The notes below the pieces were generated by a model. The model worked only from the letters and a program-made list of their open reading frames with translations. It was not told where the DNA came from and searched no databases. The position numbers and the translations under genes were made by a program. Positions 13,808 through 26,005 of a DNA stretch of 64,000 nucleotides are shown in pieces. Source of the DNA: Octopus vulgaris (taxonomy: Eukaryota). How positions within the stretch are numbered: position 1 is the stretch's first letter; every line of letters begins with the position of its first letter. Location of the stretch: NCBI GenBank assembly GCA_951406725.2, contig OX597833.1:72788001-72852000 (forward strand), given 5' to 3'.

Positions 13808-14222
13808 CATTATTAAATGTTTGACTTTTGCTTTGCATTTGTACGAGATGACTCTAAGTCTCACCCAGAGACCTCAAGAAACAACAAGTTAGAAGTTTAT
13901 GCTGGTATTATGCCTAGGGTGTCATATGTTTGGTTTTGCACATAGTATTATTACGTAGACAGTATTTTACGTAGGATATGGGCAGTTCCCATGAGCACTA
14001 TCTTTTGAATTTCTGCCATTTTGGTATTACCTGGTATCTGAGATAGGTAGGAATCAGCCCCTTTTGCTATCATTCCTAGGGAACTTATAACAACAAGTAT
14101 TGTTTTAGTCTTGAGGTTCCACATTTTGCCAATTTCTATTTCAAGATCTTTATACTTGCTCAGTTTTTGGTAGGTCTTGACAGATACATTTCTGTCGATT
14201 GGGACAGTCATATTAATGAGAG
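13765..14222 (-). mobile_element. 3' end of an R4/Dong-like LINE: RLE C-terminus, 3' UTR and (TAA)n tail
   Basis: DMTVPIDRNVSVKTYQKLSKYKDLEIEIGKMWNLKTKTILVVISSLGMI...IQKIVLMGTAHILRKIL*, then UTR and (TAA)n. Confidence 0.85.
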
Positions 14223-14789
14223 GGTTTTCGATATAATGCCTGATGAGACCAAAGGGCGTCTAAGGCATGAGGATGACCCCTCCAGAAGACGAGATGAAGT
14301 CCAGGTTCCTCCGAACAATCAATGTGGGCCTCAAACTAAAGCTGAACATTCTGAAATGGAAAAAATATAATGAGAAGAAGAAATTGATATTAGATTTGAA
14401 ATGACATCCATGAGAGGAGAATATTGAAGACCAAGCAATAAAATAGATGTTTCTAGAAAACTTTGGATGTTTTTTTTCTTTTTATTTCCATCCAAAGTGG
14501 AACTTGCAGATGGACTCCTTCGACTGCAATGCCATGATTCAATACGATGTGTGTTGGGCTTTCCAGTTACTTGTTATATTTAGTATTACAGTATCCAAAG
14601 TGTGAGATTTGGCTGCTGTTTCTAGCTGGTTGAACTCTTCCTTTTTATTATTATTATTATTTTCATCTATCACATATCGATATGAGGTCTGAAGAAACAG
14701 ACTTGTGTTTTTAAAAAAATCCCCAGTATGACTGTTCCACCGTTATTTCAAGCTTGTAGGGTATGAATTAACGGGCTTCTTTAAGTTTC

Positions 14790-14995
14790 CATTGTATATG
14801 TGTGTGTGTGTATCTGTGTGTCTCTGTTTTCCCCCTCCCTTTGACAACCGGCATTGGCTAGTTTACGTTCCCCTAAACTAGCAGTTCGGCAAAAGAGACC
14901 GTTAGAATAAGTACCAAACTTTAAAAAAGTCCTGGGGTCGATTCGTCTGTGCCCCAGCATGGTCGCAGACTAATGACTGAAAAAGGTAAAAGATA
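14790..14995 (+). mobile_element. 3' half of SINE family C
   Basis: Matches 40420-40630 (TTGACAACCG...GTTCGGCAAAAGAGACCG...CCCCAGCATGG). Confidence 0.75.
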
Positions 14996-15387
14996 AAACA
15001 AACCTCCATGGCTCTCAATTTTCCATATTTAAATCAAAACAATTTTCCTCAAATTTAATTAAATAAACATTGATATTTTTCTTGGGGAAATATTTCTTAG
15101 TTTTTGTTAGAAATAAATGTGTTGTGGCTTATATTTTGTGAAATGCTGTTGTTTTGAATTTGCTGCAGAAAATGGTCTAAATTTGTGGTGGGGAGTGGGT
15201 GGCACCAGGTCTCAGAACTAAAGGGCGGCAGCTTGGAAAAGTTTGGCAAGCATTGGCTTGGTGTAACATATTCAGAAATATTTGACACTTTTGAAAATAC
15301 GTGAAAAGTATATTTTTTCTTCTTGAATAATACCAGGACACGAATTTGAAACTGCGATTGACATAGGCAGAATGGTGTGCTTGGTGC

Positions 15388-15682
15388 AGGCGCGTCGCTT
15401 ATTGGTTTGGGTTTTCGACTCGCTATCGGAAGGCCGTGTGTTCAATTTCCGACGCTGTGTTATCTCCTTCAGCAAGTTACTTTATTTCACGCTGCCCCAG
15501 TCCACTTGGCTGGCAAAAATAACTCGTAGCTGTAATTCAAAGAGCTAGCGTTGTCACATCCTCTGTTAGGGTTACGTGTCTCTGTGGAATACTCAGCCAC
15601 TTGCACGTTAATTTTACGAGGAGACTGTTTCGTTGATCGAATCAAGAGGAACACGTATCGTGGCAGCCGACGGAACGCCAGT
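15388..15682 (+). mobile_element. Decayed tRNA-derived SINE with CORE-like block (family D)
   Basis: tRNA-like head then AGCAAG..CTTTATTTCACGCTGCCCCAGT, similar to 62198-62330. Confidence 0.6.
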
Positions 15683-16448
15683 TATTTTTTAAAATGGGGT
15701 TGTTGTTGTTGTTGTTGCTTTTAAAAGAAACAAGTAATTGTCAAGAAAGCTGAAGAACACCAGAGACTTTCGTGTTCAGGAATTTCCAAAGTAGTTTGGA
15801 CTGAAAAAAACAATGAATACGAAGAATGTGGCGCGGCTGAAATTCGATTAATCTCAGCCGGAATCCATCGAGGATTCTATCAGTTCGATAATAAACAACA
15901 CAATGTTTTTCATAGGTTTTTAATAAGTTTTTCATAAGTGGAGAAATGTTATCATTTCATCAATATTATTTCGATAACAAATGGAAATAAATACAGGACA
16001 GTTCCAGAGAGACGGTCGGCTAAATGCTAAAAGAACGAGCCAGACGAATCTAGTTGAAGAAACAAAAAAATTGTAAAGTGAACTGCGCCGGGATTTGAAC
16101 TCATATCGAAAAAGAGAAATTACGTTAGCATTCAACCGCCTTTGTACATTTAATATTGAGTAAGAGGCAGCAGACTACTTGAGAGAAATAGTAGCTAAAG
16201 TGCCGAGGTGGGGCGCAGTTTCTTCCGCAATAAAAACATCGTTGAACGAAATAAATTCACTCTCGCTTCATTTTGTGAAATTTAGGATCGAACTTGTAAT
16301 ATACAGACTTTACTTACTTTTGCATCGTGCACTCAGTGACGAAGAAGAATTTGTTTTAACCCGTTCAGTCACTTGATCCAATGCATTGGACAATTTTTCG
16401 GCATACATTACGAAAGAAATATAAATTATAATTAAGTTGAAGCAGTCA

Positions 16449-16823
16449 CCAATTAATTGGATACCTCTAAAACGCATATATAATCAAGACCACGTGGTTC
16501 TATCTCAGTGTTTGCTCACAAGGAAAAAAGGAAAAATAACGGGGGGAAAAAAGGTGTGGAAACAGCCGACGGGTTGATTAGAACCCCGTACCTGATTTTT
16601 ATATTACTTCGATTTTCCGGTTTTTATTCATCTTCGACTTTTATTTTATTCATATTCTATATAATTTTTTAAAAAACGACTTCATTGTAACAAACTCTAT
16701 GTGTTGTGGTGTCCATGTTCGTCCCCTCAATGTTCGTCTTGTATAGACAAATAAAGAAATCAGTCTTTGCTCACAAGTCAGAGAGGACAGCTGCGTCTTC
16801 TCGTAAATCTCACAGATGTAAGT
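16449..16823 (+). promoter_or_regulatory. Putative Pol II core promoter and short non-coding first exon
   Basis: CCAATTAATTGG at 16449; TATATAA at 16477, 30 bp before the A (16507) of Inr-like TCAGT; E-box CACGTG between them; donor GAT|GTAAGT at 16817/16818. Confidence 0.45.
16523..16759 (+). mobile_element. Retroposed insertion with an 18-bp target-site duplication and a SINE-A-like 3' tail
   Basis: TCAGTGTTTGCTCACAAG (16505-16522) versus TCAGTCTTTGCTCACAAG (16760-16777); ends TGTCCATGTTCGTCCCCTC...AATAAAGAAA like SINE A tails. Confidence 0.65.
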
Positions 16824-16919
16824 AAATTGATATTTTTATTTATCCATGCCAAAAATTGAACAGATTGAATATTGAATTCTTTAAAAATTTACTCAATATG
16901 TGTTATTGACCTGTAATTC

Positions 16920-17356
16920 CGGGATCTTTTCGGTTTGAACGCCAGTTTTTAACATAATTTCTAGGTAACTAAAGAATTTTAAACTTCGTATACTGGTAGA
17001 ATGTGTTTATAAAACATCTTTTTCTCTTGGCTTTATTGAGAAAATTCTATGGTTTGTAAGATATTTGGTCTTTAATTTCTTGCATTTCGGCAATTTCAAC
17101 CAATCAATGACCGTCTATTGAGATGAAAACATTCTGTGCCGTATGAATATGTCCCTCGTTTAAGAAACAGATTGGGTTTATTTACATTTGTGAAGAAAAA
17201 AAGATACCCTTCCCCCACCTCTAACCCTAACCCTAACTAACCCTAAATCTAAAATAGATTGAAATGCAATAGATCGATACTAGGGTCATAATTATGGGTG
17301 ACAATTTCATATGACACCGCTAGAAAAAACGGCAGTTTTTTCTAGCGGTGTCATAT
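16920..17356. mobile_element. Non-autonomous DNA element (MITE/Helentron-like) with internal (CCCTAA)n and a terminal perfect hairpin
   Basis: Starts GGGATCTTTCGGTTTGAACGCCAGTTTTT; CTAACCCTAACCCTAA at about 17221-17247; 22-bp perfect stem at 17309-17356. Confidence 0.55.
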
Positions 17357-17569
17357 ATATATATATATATACAACACGCACACAAACATATACACATGTA
17401 TGTATGTATGTATGTATGTATGTATGTATGTATGTATGTATGTATGTATGTATGTATGTATGTGTGTATGTATGTGTGTGTGTATGTATGTATGTATTAT
17501 GTATGTGTGTGCGTATGTATGTATGTATTATGTATGTATGTATGCCTCTTTCTTTAATTTTCTAAATTC

Positions 17570-17900
17570 AGCAAATTCTAGTTGGTAAAATTTTCAGATT
17601 TAGAATTCAATAGGTCATTAAAGTTCTTAGATTTAAAACTGATATGATTTCTTTCTACTCTACTTAGATTGCACCTCCTTGGTCCGTTAACATGGCATGG
17701 ATCGAGGAGCAAGGTAAAATATTCCACGCCATATGTTACTGAATCAAGGAGGTACACGCTATGTATAGCCAAAAGAACTCATATCCTTTTCAAACCTACC
17801 AAATCATGGATCCGAGTGTTTTGCTAAATGCAAGCACCAGAATAAATTTCTGTTATCGAACTGGAGAACAGCACCCTACCCGAATTAAACTTATAGTCTC
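17570..17900 (-). mobile_element. Decayed C-terminus of a Penelope-like element GIY-YIG domain
   Basis: VNGPRRCNLSRVERNHISFKSKNFNDLLNSKSENFT resembles the PLE end motif G..C.LC..EK..I....LLN.RSE. Confidence 0.55.
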
Positions 17901-19061
17901 ACAAACTTTAACCTTCCCTCTCCGAAATACCCACACCATTCTTTGTTAATTTTATTTCTAAGGTATCAAAGGGACACAATTCTTATGTATCTTCCTTCCA
18001 CGTTTTTCGTTCTTTCTCGTTATTTCTCAGAAAGTGTGTTGTGTGTTGTATTTCTAGTCTGTTGTATGTTTTATTTCTCATCTGAAGGATGGCATGGCTG
18101 TACACGGCACGCTATACAAGCTCGTCTGATTGTTGTTCTAGCGTACGCATGAGACTTGTGATATCTGATATAAATCCTGTGCGTATTAAAAGATTTTTAT
18201 CTCTCATTGGATGGAGTATTATGTGCTAATCTCATCAATACATTATGCGTGTGCGTGCATGTGCGCGTGCATGTATGTTACAGTTCATGTGGGCTAAGGA
18301 AATAGTTAAATAGGGGTACTAATAGTACATCTCAGTACTCAACAAGTTAAAGAATTATTCATTAATCAGTAGTTATTAAGAAATCTGCAAATCCAACGCT
18401 CGTATGGCAACCAAGTGTTGTACGGTTATCGCAGAGTATTTAATCATAAATGAATTGGCAACGGAGAAGATGTTGCATTACGGGACGAACGGTTCCAAGA
18501 GAATGGTTATTTCTGGTTTACTTCTACGATACATATGCAGACAGAAAGATGATATGATGTAATGTTGCATAATTATTATACAAAATATCCATTTCATTTC
18601 GTCAGACGCCGTGTGAAATATGTCAATAATATATATATGTATATATATGGAGACGTATGTATATAATATATAATAACTTTTAACGTTTGATAATGTGCAT
18701 CATAATGTGATGCACATACTAGGCTTTGAAATATGTCTATGAAGCAATGCAAACTATTGATTTTGCGCTACATGCACATATAAAGGGAAGCAACTTGTTT
18801 TATACTTTAGCATTTATCCTCGTTGCTGTTCTTGCTTCCCACAAAATGAAAGTAGACAGTGTATGGGGTGGGGGGTATTAGTGCTTAATTTGTAAGAATC
18901 ATCTTGAGTAGATCACACGAATTTGGTGAATTCTTGGCTTTGACGCCAGACATGGAGACCACAACGAATAACCAGAAGTTTGTGTTGCGTCTCATAAATC
19001 CAAACGTACACACACACACATACAAATATGTGTGTGTGTGTGTGTGTACGTATGTCCGTAC

Positions 19062-19093
<32 letters not shown>

Positions 19094-19103
19094 ACGTACG
19101 TAC

Positions 19104-19151
<48 letters not shown>

Positions 19152-20258
19152 GCATATTCGTGTGTGTATATACGTATACGTATGAATATATGTATCTGCA
19201 TGTATGCACACACAGAAACAAAGAACAAATATAAGACCACACATTTGCACTGAGATGTGTTCAAACATTGCAAAACAGGCTGACACCGTCGCACACACAC
19301 ACATGCACGCACATTCACACACACACACAAACACACACACGAACAGACGCACGCATACAATCACACCCACACGCACACACACACACACTTATGCACACGC
19401 GCATACGCTCTTGCGATAGACTCTACGTAGTCAAAAACGCTACAAGAAATAGCAGCTAAATTTCCCATAAATAAACGTCGTCTGAGATGTTTGATGTCCA
19501 AACGGTATAAACGGGATGGTCAGAGCTGGAATACATTTCCCCGTAGATCTGTTCATCCGCATCTCGCCCAGGGCTAAATAACAACAAAAACAACACCAGA
19601 CATAAAATAGAGATCTGCGTAGAGAGAGATTCAAAATGAAAGGACACACGGACACACAGACACGAGCGCGCGCACACACACGCGCAGAGTCGCAGGTAGG
19701 AGCACGAGACGATTCGCATGAAAGTGAGGCTGCAACGGTTGCGCGTGCGTGCGCGTACAGCCTTACCCCTCCCCCCTTTCCACCCCATCCCTGCCCCACC
19801 CCCCACGCAGCCATACATCTCAGTCAAAGTATTACACCTACATGCAGGGATACAGTCGTGCGTGCGTGTGTGCACGTGTGTGTGTGTGCACGTGTGTGTG
19901 TGTGTGCACGTGTGTGTGTGTGTGCACGTGTGTGTGTGTGTGTGCACATGCGTGGGCGCGAACACACACACATAGAATCACGAAGGAATACGAGCATAAA
20001 CAGAATATCATTTTTGCGTGCACATACATGCATATACACACACAAACACATGCCTATATATACACATATATATATGTGTGTGTGTGTGTGTTTGTGTATA
20101 TATGTATGATATATGTAACAACATGTATGCACGTATAGGTGCAGCTGTTTGTGCATCTGCGTGTGTGTGTGTGTGTGCATAAATATATTTGCGTGCATGA
20201 AAACAGATGCATATAGAAACGATATGAGTCAAAGAGTGACTGTGAGTCAGGGATTAGT

Positions 20259-20490
20259 ATGGTGGCGGTGGTGGTGGTGGCGGTGGTGGTGGTGGTGGTG
20301 GTGGTGGTGGTGGTGGTGGTGGTGGTGGTGGTGGTGGTGGTGGTGGTGGTGGTGGTGGTGGTGGTGGTGGTGGTGGTGGTAGTGGTGGTAGTGGTGGTGG
20401 TGGTGGTGGTGGTGGTGGTGGTGGTGGTGGTGGTGGTGGTGGTGGTGGTGGTGGTGGTGGTGGTGGTGGTGGCGGTGGTGGTGGTGGCAA
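20259..20490. repeat. (GGT)n tract of about 75 units
   Basis: Directly visible, few interruptions. Confidence 0.97.
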
Positions 20491-20672
20491 TGAAGTGATG
20501 GTGATGGTTGAGGGGCGGGGGAGGTCCGCTACTAAGGAGATAAAGGAAGGGACGGGTGGGGTGGAGGGTTGGGTTTAAAGTGTGGCGGGAAATGGAGAGC
20601 AAAACAAAGGAGTTAGTGAAAAAAAAGGGGACGAACGGGGGGGGGGGGAATAGAAGGGAAAGGAAGGAGTTG

Positions 20673-20703
<31 letters not shown>

Positions 20704-21326
20704 AGCAAACAATCACACCGGCGTATATAGAGACAGACATAGATGAGGGCACACACATACACACATACACACACATACACACACATACACACATACACAC
20801 ATACACACACATACACACATACACACACACACACACATACACACACATACACACATACACACACATACACACACACATGCATGCATGCAGCTGCGGATAA
20901 ACAGATATACACAAGCATACATACACGAACATACACCGGTATAGAAGCACGCACACAAACACACACACTCATACACACACACACACATAGATACACATGA
21001 ACAAACACACACACACACAGTCGTTTTAAGTGGTCTATGAACGACGCATGCGCATACAGAGACATGCAGAAAGACGCGCGTGCACACACACACACACAAA
21101 GACCGGGTTCAGTCATAACAAACTGACACGTGACCAGATCTGCTCCCACCGATCCCCTTCAGGTTCTTCTTCAGTGACTCCTTCCACTTTCACTGGTTCT
21201 CTCTCCCCCCCCCCCCTGCCTCCCCCTCTGCATCTCTTACCTTGTCGCTCTTTACAACAGAAGCACACGAGGAAAAACAGTCGCACGCAAATGGGTAGAT
21301 TCAGATATAGAGATAGTTAAGTGTGC

Positions 21327-21359
<33 letters not shown>

Positions 21360-21572
21360 ACATATATAGAGATGCAGCACGGATTTTTGTCAGTGAACAA
21401 GTCGCGGATTTTAGCGACGAAAATATTTTGACAAATTAAACTTAAATGTTGAAGTGAATCGAACGGCTTTTGTGTGTTTCTTAAATGGCTTACAAACACC
21501 TTCCACGCTGCAATTGTTTTCGTTTCAGCACACGATCTCAGATCAAATCACTTGCTATGCGAGTACATCTCC

Positions 21573-21639
<67 letters not shown>

Positions 21640-21647
21640 TATATATA

Positions 21648-21829
<182 letters not shown>

Positions 21830-22341
21830 TGTAAAGTATAGAAGCCATCTTATCATGGCTAACCACATAGGGGAAAGCTACAGTAACACCCCCTCTCTAT
21901 GTGGTTAGCCATGATAAGATGGCTTCTATACTTTACATTATCGAGCGATTACTGTTTCAATCTCATTCTGAGATTTAATTATGCTTACTGTCAGTTTTTC
22001 GAAATCAGTGGCAGATGCCACTAGAAAAACTCTTATATATTTGCAAGGAAGCCTTCAGTTTCGTCACATCCTGGTGGTTACCGCCCGTTGACAAGGGACA
22101 AAAATCCCGAAACTAGTCCGAGCGTATCACTCAGGCTTGCGAGGAAAGGATGGCCTCCCTTTGCAAATACTTCAAGGGCACTGATATGGTGTCTAAAGCC
22201 AGCTAGAGACGACGATCTCTTGGGGCTATAAAGCTACAGTAACACCCCCTCCCCTATGTGGTTAGCCATGATAAGATGGCTTCTATACTTTACATTATCG
22301 AGCGATTACTGTTTCAATCTCATTCTGAGATTTAATTATGC
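21830..22341 (+). mobile_element. ORF-less PLE-derived/retrozyme-like unit: 5' inverted arm, two direct repeats of about 110 bp (period about 356 bp) and one HHR, inserted in (TA)n
   Basis: 21874-21984 matches 22230-22341; 21830-21874 is the reverse complement of part of that repeat; HHR at 22083-22123; (TA)n on both sides. Confidence 0.8.
22083..22123 (+). ncRNA. Minimal type I hammerhead ribozyme, U3/A8 core variant
   Basis: gcccg TTGACAA ggga-caaaaa-tccc GAAA CTAG TC cgagc; perfect stem II, palindromic stem III, GUC cleavage triplet. Confidence 0.7.
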
Positions 22342-22393
22342 CTATATATATATATATATACATATATATATACACGCACACACACACACGCGC

Positions 22394-22453
<60 letters not shown>

Positions 22454-22490
22454 TACATACATACATACATACGCGCGCGCACACAGACAC

Positions 22491-22544
<54 letters not shown>

Positions 22545-22585
22545 AATGAAATTCGGAAGATGGAATATACGAGAATTTATTGTTA

Positions 22586-22686
22586 ATCACGATAATTGTT
22601 TCGACACATCTAGATTCCTTTTGGGTGGGACACTCAACAACTGTTTCAGGAGCATCCGGTGGTGCAGATGTATCTCGTCGGGTGAT
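22586..22686 (-). ncRNA. Hammerhead ribozyme motif with extended stem II
   Basis: Minus strand: atcac CCGACGA gatacatct...agatgtgtc GAAA CAATTA TC gtgat; 5-bp stem I, 9-bp stem II, U4C change in core. Confidence 0.65.
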
Positions 22687-22994
22687 AAATAAATACAACT
22701 CGTTAAAATGACTGTTTCGCATTGTAACTTTCATTTTTGTAGCGAGAAAAGCAACCAGACGGAGGAAATATCTTCATTTATAAGGAGTCATGTGACTGGT
22801 AGCTTCAAATTCATACGTACGTATATAATACAAATAACACATCGGTGTTTACACTCAGGTGTGTGCGTGCTTGTGTAATATTCGTTTGTTGAAGGGTTCA
22901 GCCAAATAAAGCACTCAATACATTTGAAAGTAACTAATGTTTTGTATAAAGTATTCTTTGAAGAATTGTCTTGTGGCTGTCGAAACAGCTATTG

Positions 22995-23260
22995 CGCCCA
23001 AGAAGCAGTATAAAGGCATGCTAAAATAGACCCTGAAAATTTGTAACATTGACCCTCACTAGTGGAGCACCCAGGCCACTGACCGCTGCACTTGGCACCG
23101 CACCATCCAGCGAGCTACCAGAGCATTTTAGGCAAGCCGTCGTGTCAGCCAGGAAAGGAGAGCCCGGTGGAAGGACTATATTAGCGTGGAGCCAAGCAGA
23201 ACATACGTAATTCCTTGCGGCCGCTGTGGGCTCATCTGTAGATCTCGTATCGGTCACGAG
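22995..23260 (+). mobile_element. RTE-clade (BovB-like) LINE C-terminal fragment
   Basis: PKKQYKGMLK*TLKICNIDPH*WSTQATDRCTWHRTI...PCGRCGLICRSRIG resembles the RTE C-terminus with a terminal Zn finger; in-frame stops. Confidence 0.8.
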
Positions 23261-24196
23261 GTGGACAATGGGGCCCTGACCTTAAGGGAATTTAGTATTG
23301 AAGTTATCGCCAAGATGTATTAATAATAATTTTTATAATATTAAGGATAACATTAATAACAATGCTATTAATAATGGCATTAACAGTCATAATCATATTA
23401 TTAGAAAAACATTCACATCAAGAATACGTATATTAAATAATAAAGTGAAAAGTAGTGTAAGGACCATCTGCAATAATAGGATTAAATGCAGCAGAATATC
23501 AACAATAATAAGGTAAACCAACATAATACAGAAATTAACACAACAGATAAGGAGAGTATTAAGGGTAATAATTCTGTTAAGTATAATCCAGATAAGGATT
23601 ATCCTACAACAATAATAACCATAATCGTCTTGCTAAACACAGTAGAAATAGCAGCAATAAGGATAAAAATTATGAGATTATCAATTGCTGTGATAATTGC
23701 AACAATAAATTTTGTAAGATGAATACCTGTGAGCGATTTACAGGTGAGAATTGATAATATGAAGAATAGAATTTCTGTTCGGTTTGGTAGGAAGCATTCC
23801 GAGAAAGAGGAGCGTGATAGTGTTTAACTCTTCTCTCTGATTAAATATCTCATCCAACATGGCAGCCGGATTCTCCCATGCTCTGGATAAACCTGTATCC
23901 ATCGCGCATAGCAAGACATTTAACCGACATACTCCACAACACCTAATATTTCAGAACACTTACCTAGATTTAACAGAACGAAACCGAACAATCAGTCCAA
24001 AGGTTCGAGTCTTACGTATGCATCTAACCACCTATGAAATGAAATAACAAAGGTAACGATACACAAATTATTGATAGTAATACAATTACACCTGACAACC
24101 CTCACATGGCGAATCGTGGGAATAAGCCTTGCAAATGTAGAACTAATGCCCAGGGTATATATTGCTACAATGTATATAGTGTTACATCTAATATAT

Positions 24197-24514
24197 CACC
24201 GTGACCGTGATCACCGTAACCGACCAGGCTATCAGATGTTGCTACACATCGCTGGTCACAATGCACTTCGCATTGTTTTAGCCTTCAAATGACCCCACCC
24301 CGCTGGCTAAGCGAGCAGGCCAACAGAAGAAAGAGTGAGAGAAAGTTGTGGCGAAAGAGTACAGCGGGGATCGCCACCCACCCCCTGCCGGAGCCTCGTG
24401 GAGCTTTAGGTGTTTTCGCTCAATAAACACTCACAACGCCCGGTCTGGGAATCGAAACCACGATCCTACGACCGCGTGTCCGCTGCCCAAACCACTGGGC
24501 CATTGCGCCTCCAC
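24197..24514 (-). mobile_element. Full-length tRNA-derived SINE (family B) with 13-bp TSD
   Basis: Head GGAGGCGCAATGGCCCAGTGG...GGTTTCGATTCCCAGACC; TSD ACATCTAATATAT at 24184 and 24515; copies at 50556 and 61851. Confidence 0.9.
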
Positions 24515-25098
24515 ACATCTAATATATATATATATATATATTGTTACATCTAATGCTTTAAATGTTGACTGCATAATCACAAAAATAGCTTTCTTCTGAA
24601 GAAAAACCCTACTTGTTATGATAACATACAACTATATGTGGATACCTGCATATATATTTATATGCTTGAAAAGCACTTTGGTTTCCCTGATGTAACTGAA
24701 TATGGATTGCGAAACAGCTGTAAACATAGAATATATATATATATATAATGAATGAGGGAAACGGAAAATGGAGTTGGCAAGAATCTTTATTCAACACAAC
24801 GATCGTTTCGACCCAACCTACATCCCACCCTTGCGGTATACCATATATCCAAGGTCCAAATAATTACTTATATGTGTGCGCGCGCTAGTGTGTGTGTGTG
24901 TGCACGCGCAAGTGTGTGTGTGTGTGCGTATTATTCTTATCCTTATTCTCAATGTCTTTATATATTCGCTTCATATTTATTTTTAAGTGTTATCTGCCCT
25001 AGTTTTCTTTTGTCTGTGTCTTTCTCTTTTCTGTTCGTTCATTTTTCCTTCTATAATATGAGGCAACACCCAAGCACTGTACTTATATAACAACGACC

Positions 25099-25180
25099 AT
25101 TTGGGGGTCGGATAATCCTACTCTATTTGGGGGTCGGATAATTCTACTCTATTTGGGGGTCGGCTAATCCTACTCTATTT
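25099..25180. repeat. 26-bp tandem repeat ATTTGGGGGTCGGATAATCCTACTCT x3
   Basis: Directly visible. Confidence 0.9.
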
Positions 25181-25539
25181 AATATAATATTATTATAATA
25201 CTATATGTTGTAATAATACGTTCCTGGAGTTAAAGCTACCAATATTTCAATATTAGGTTAACGAACACTTTCATATAATCCATAGTCACGCTAATCCCTT
25301 TAATGTCTACCTTTTTATCCCTTACATCTCCCTATTTTCCAAGTCTACCATTGATCATGCCTTGAGAGATCCTTTTTTTAGTTAAAAGATTCCCTGTAGA
25401 TAACAAGATCAAAAAATTCAGTACACACAGACATGACAACCGAATCCCAAATATAATTTTATAATGTCGAATAATTATCAATGTGCTAATTGCTAATTTA
25501 CGTCCCATGAGTACGTGCCTATAATTACACTTGCTTTGT

Positions 25540-26005
25540 AATTGTTCTGAAGGTGGAGAATTGGCCGTTGGCTCTTAGAATGTTTTGCAGTATTTGTTTC
25601 GGTTGTCACAATTTTCAGTTCAAATTTCGCTAAAAGCTCAATTTTGCTCTTCAACTCTCCAGAGTTGATGAAATACAATACCAGTCATACACTGGGGATA
25701 GAGGGTCATTAAATCGACCAATACCTTCACAATAATTTCAGAGTTTGCATTTATGCTTGAAGCAATTACTTTAGTTTTGCATTATTCCTTAGAAGCGGTG
25801 AACTCGCAGAATCGTTAGAGCATCGGAAAAAAATAAATTCCTCACGGCATTTGCTTTGGTTCTTGACGTTCTGAGTTCAATTTCCGCCAAGGTCAACATT
25901 GCCTTTCATCTCTCTGGTGTCGATGAAATAAAACCAAGTCAAGTAGGGCAGGATCGATTTAATGGACCAACACCCGCATCACAATTTCAGACCTTGGGCC
26001 AATAG
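25540..26005 (+). mobile_element. Two decayed SINE family A copies in tandem
   Basis: GCAGAATCGTTAG...GAGTTCAATTTCCGCCAAGGTCAACATTGCCTTTCATC at 25795-25930; weaker copy upstream. Confidence 0.65.

Noticed and set aside
14235-14270. CTGATGA-GAC...GTC as a hammerhead
   Set aside because: No GAAA after stem II and no cleavage triplet
17221-17247. Telomere
   Set aside because: Only 3-4 CCCTAA units inside a dispersed element
24430-24514. tRNA genes at SINE heads (also 50556, 53909, 61851, 62198)
   Set aside because: A/B boxes are present but continue into SINE bodies repeated in the window; no complete cloverleaf seen
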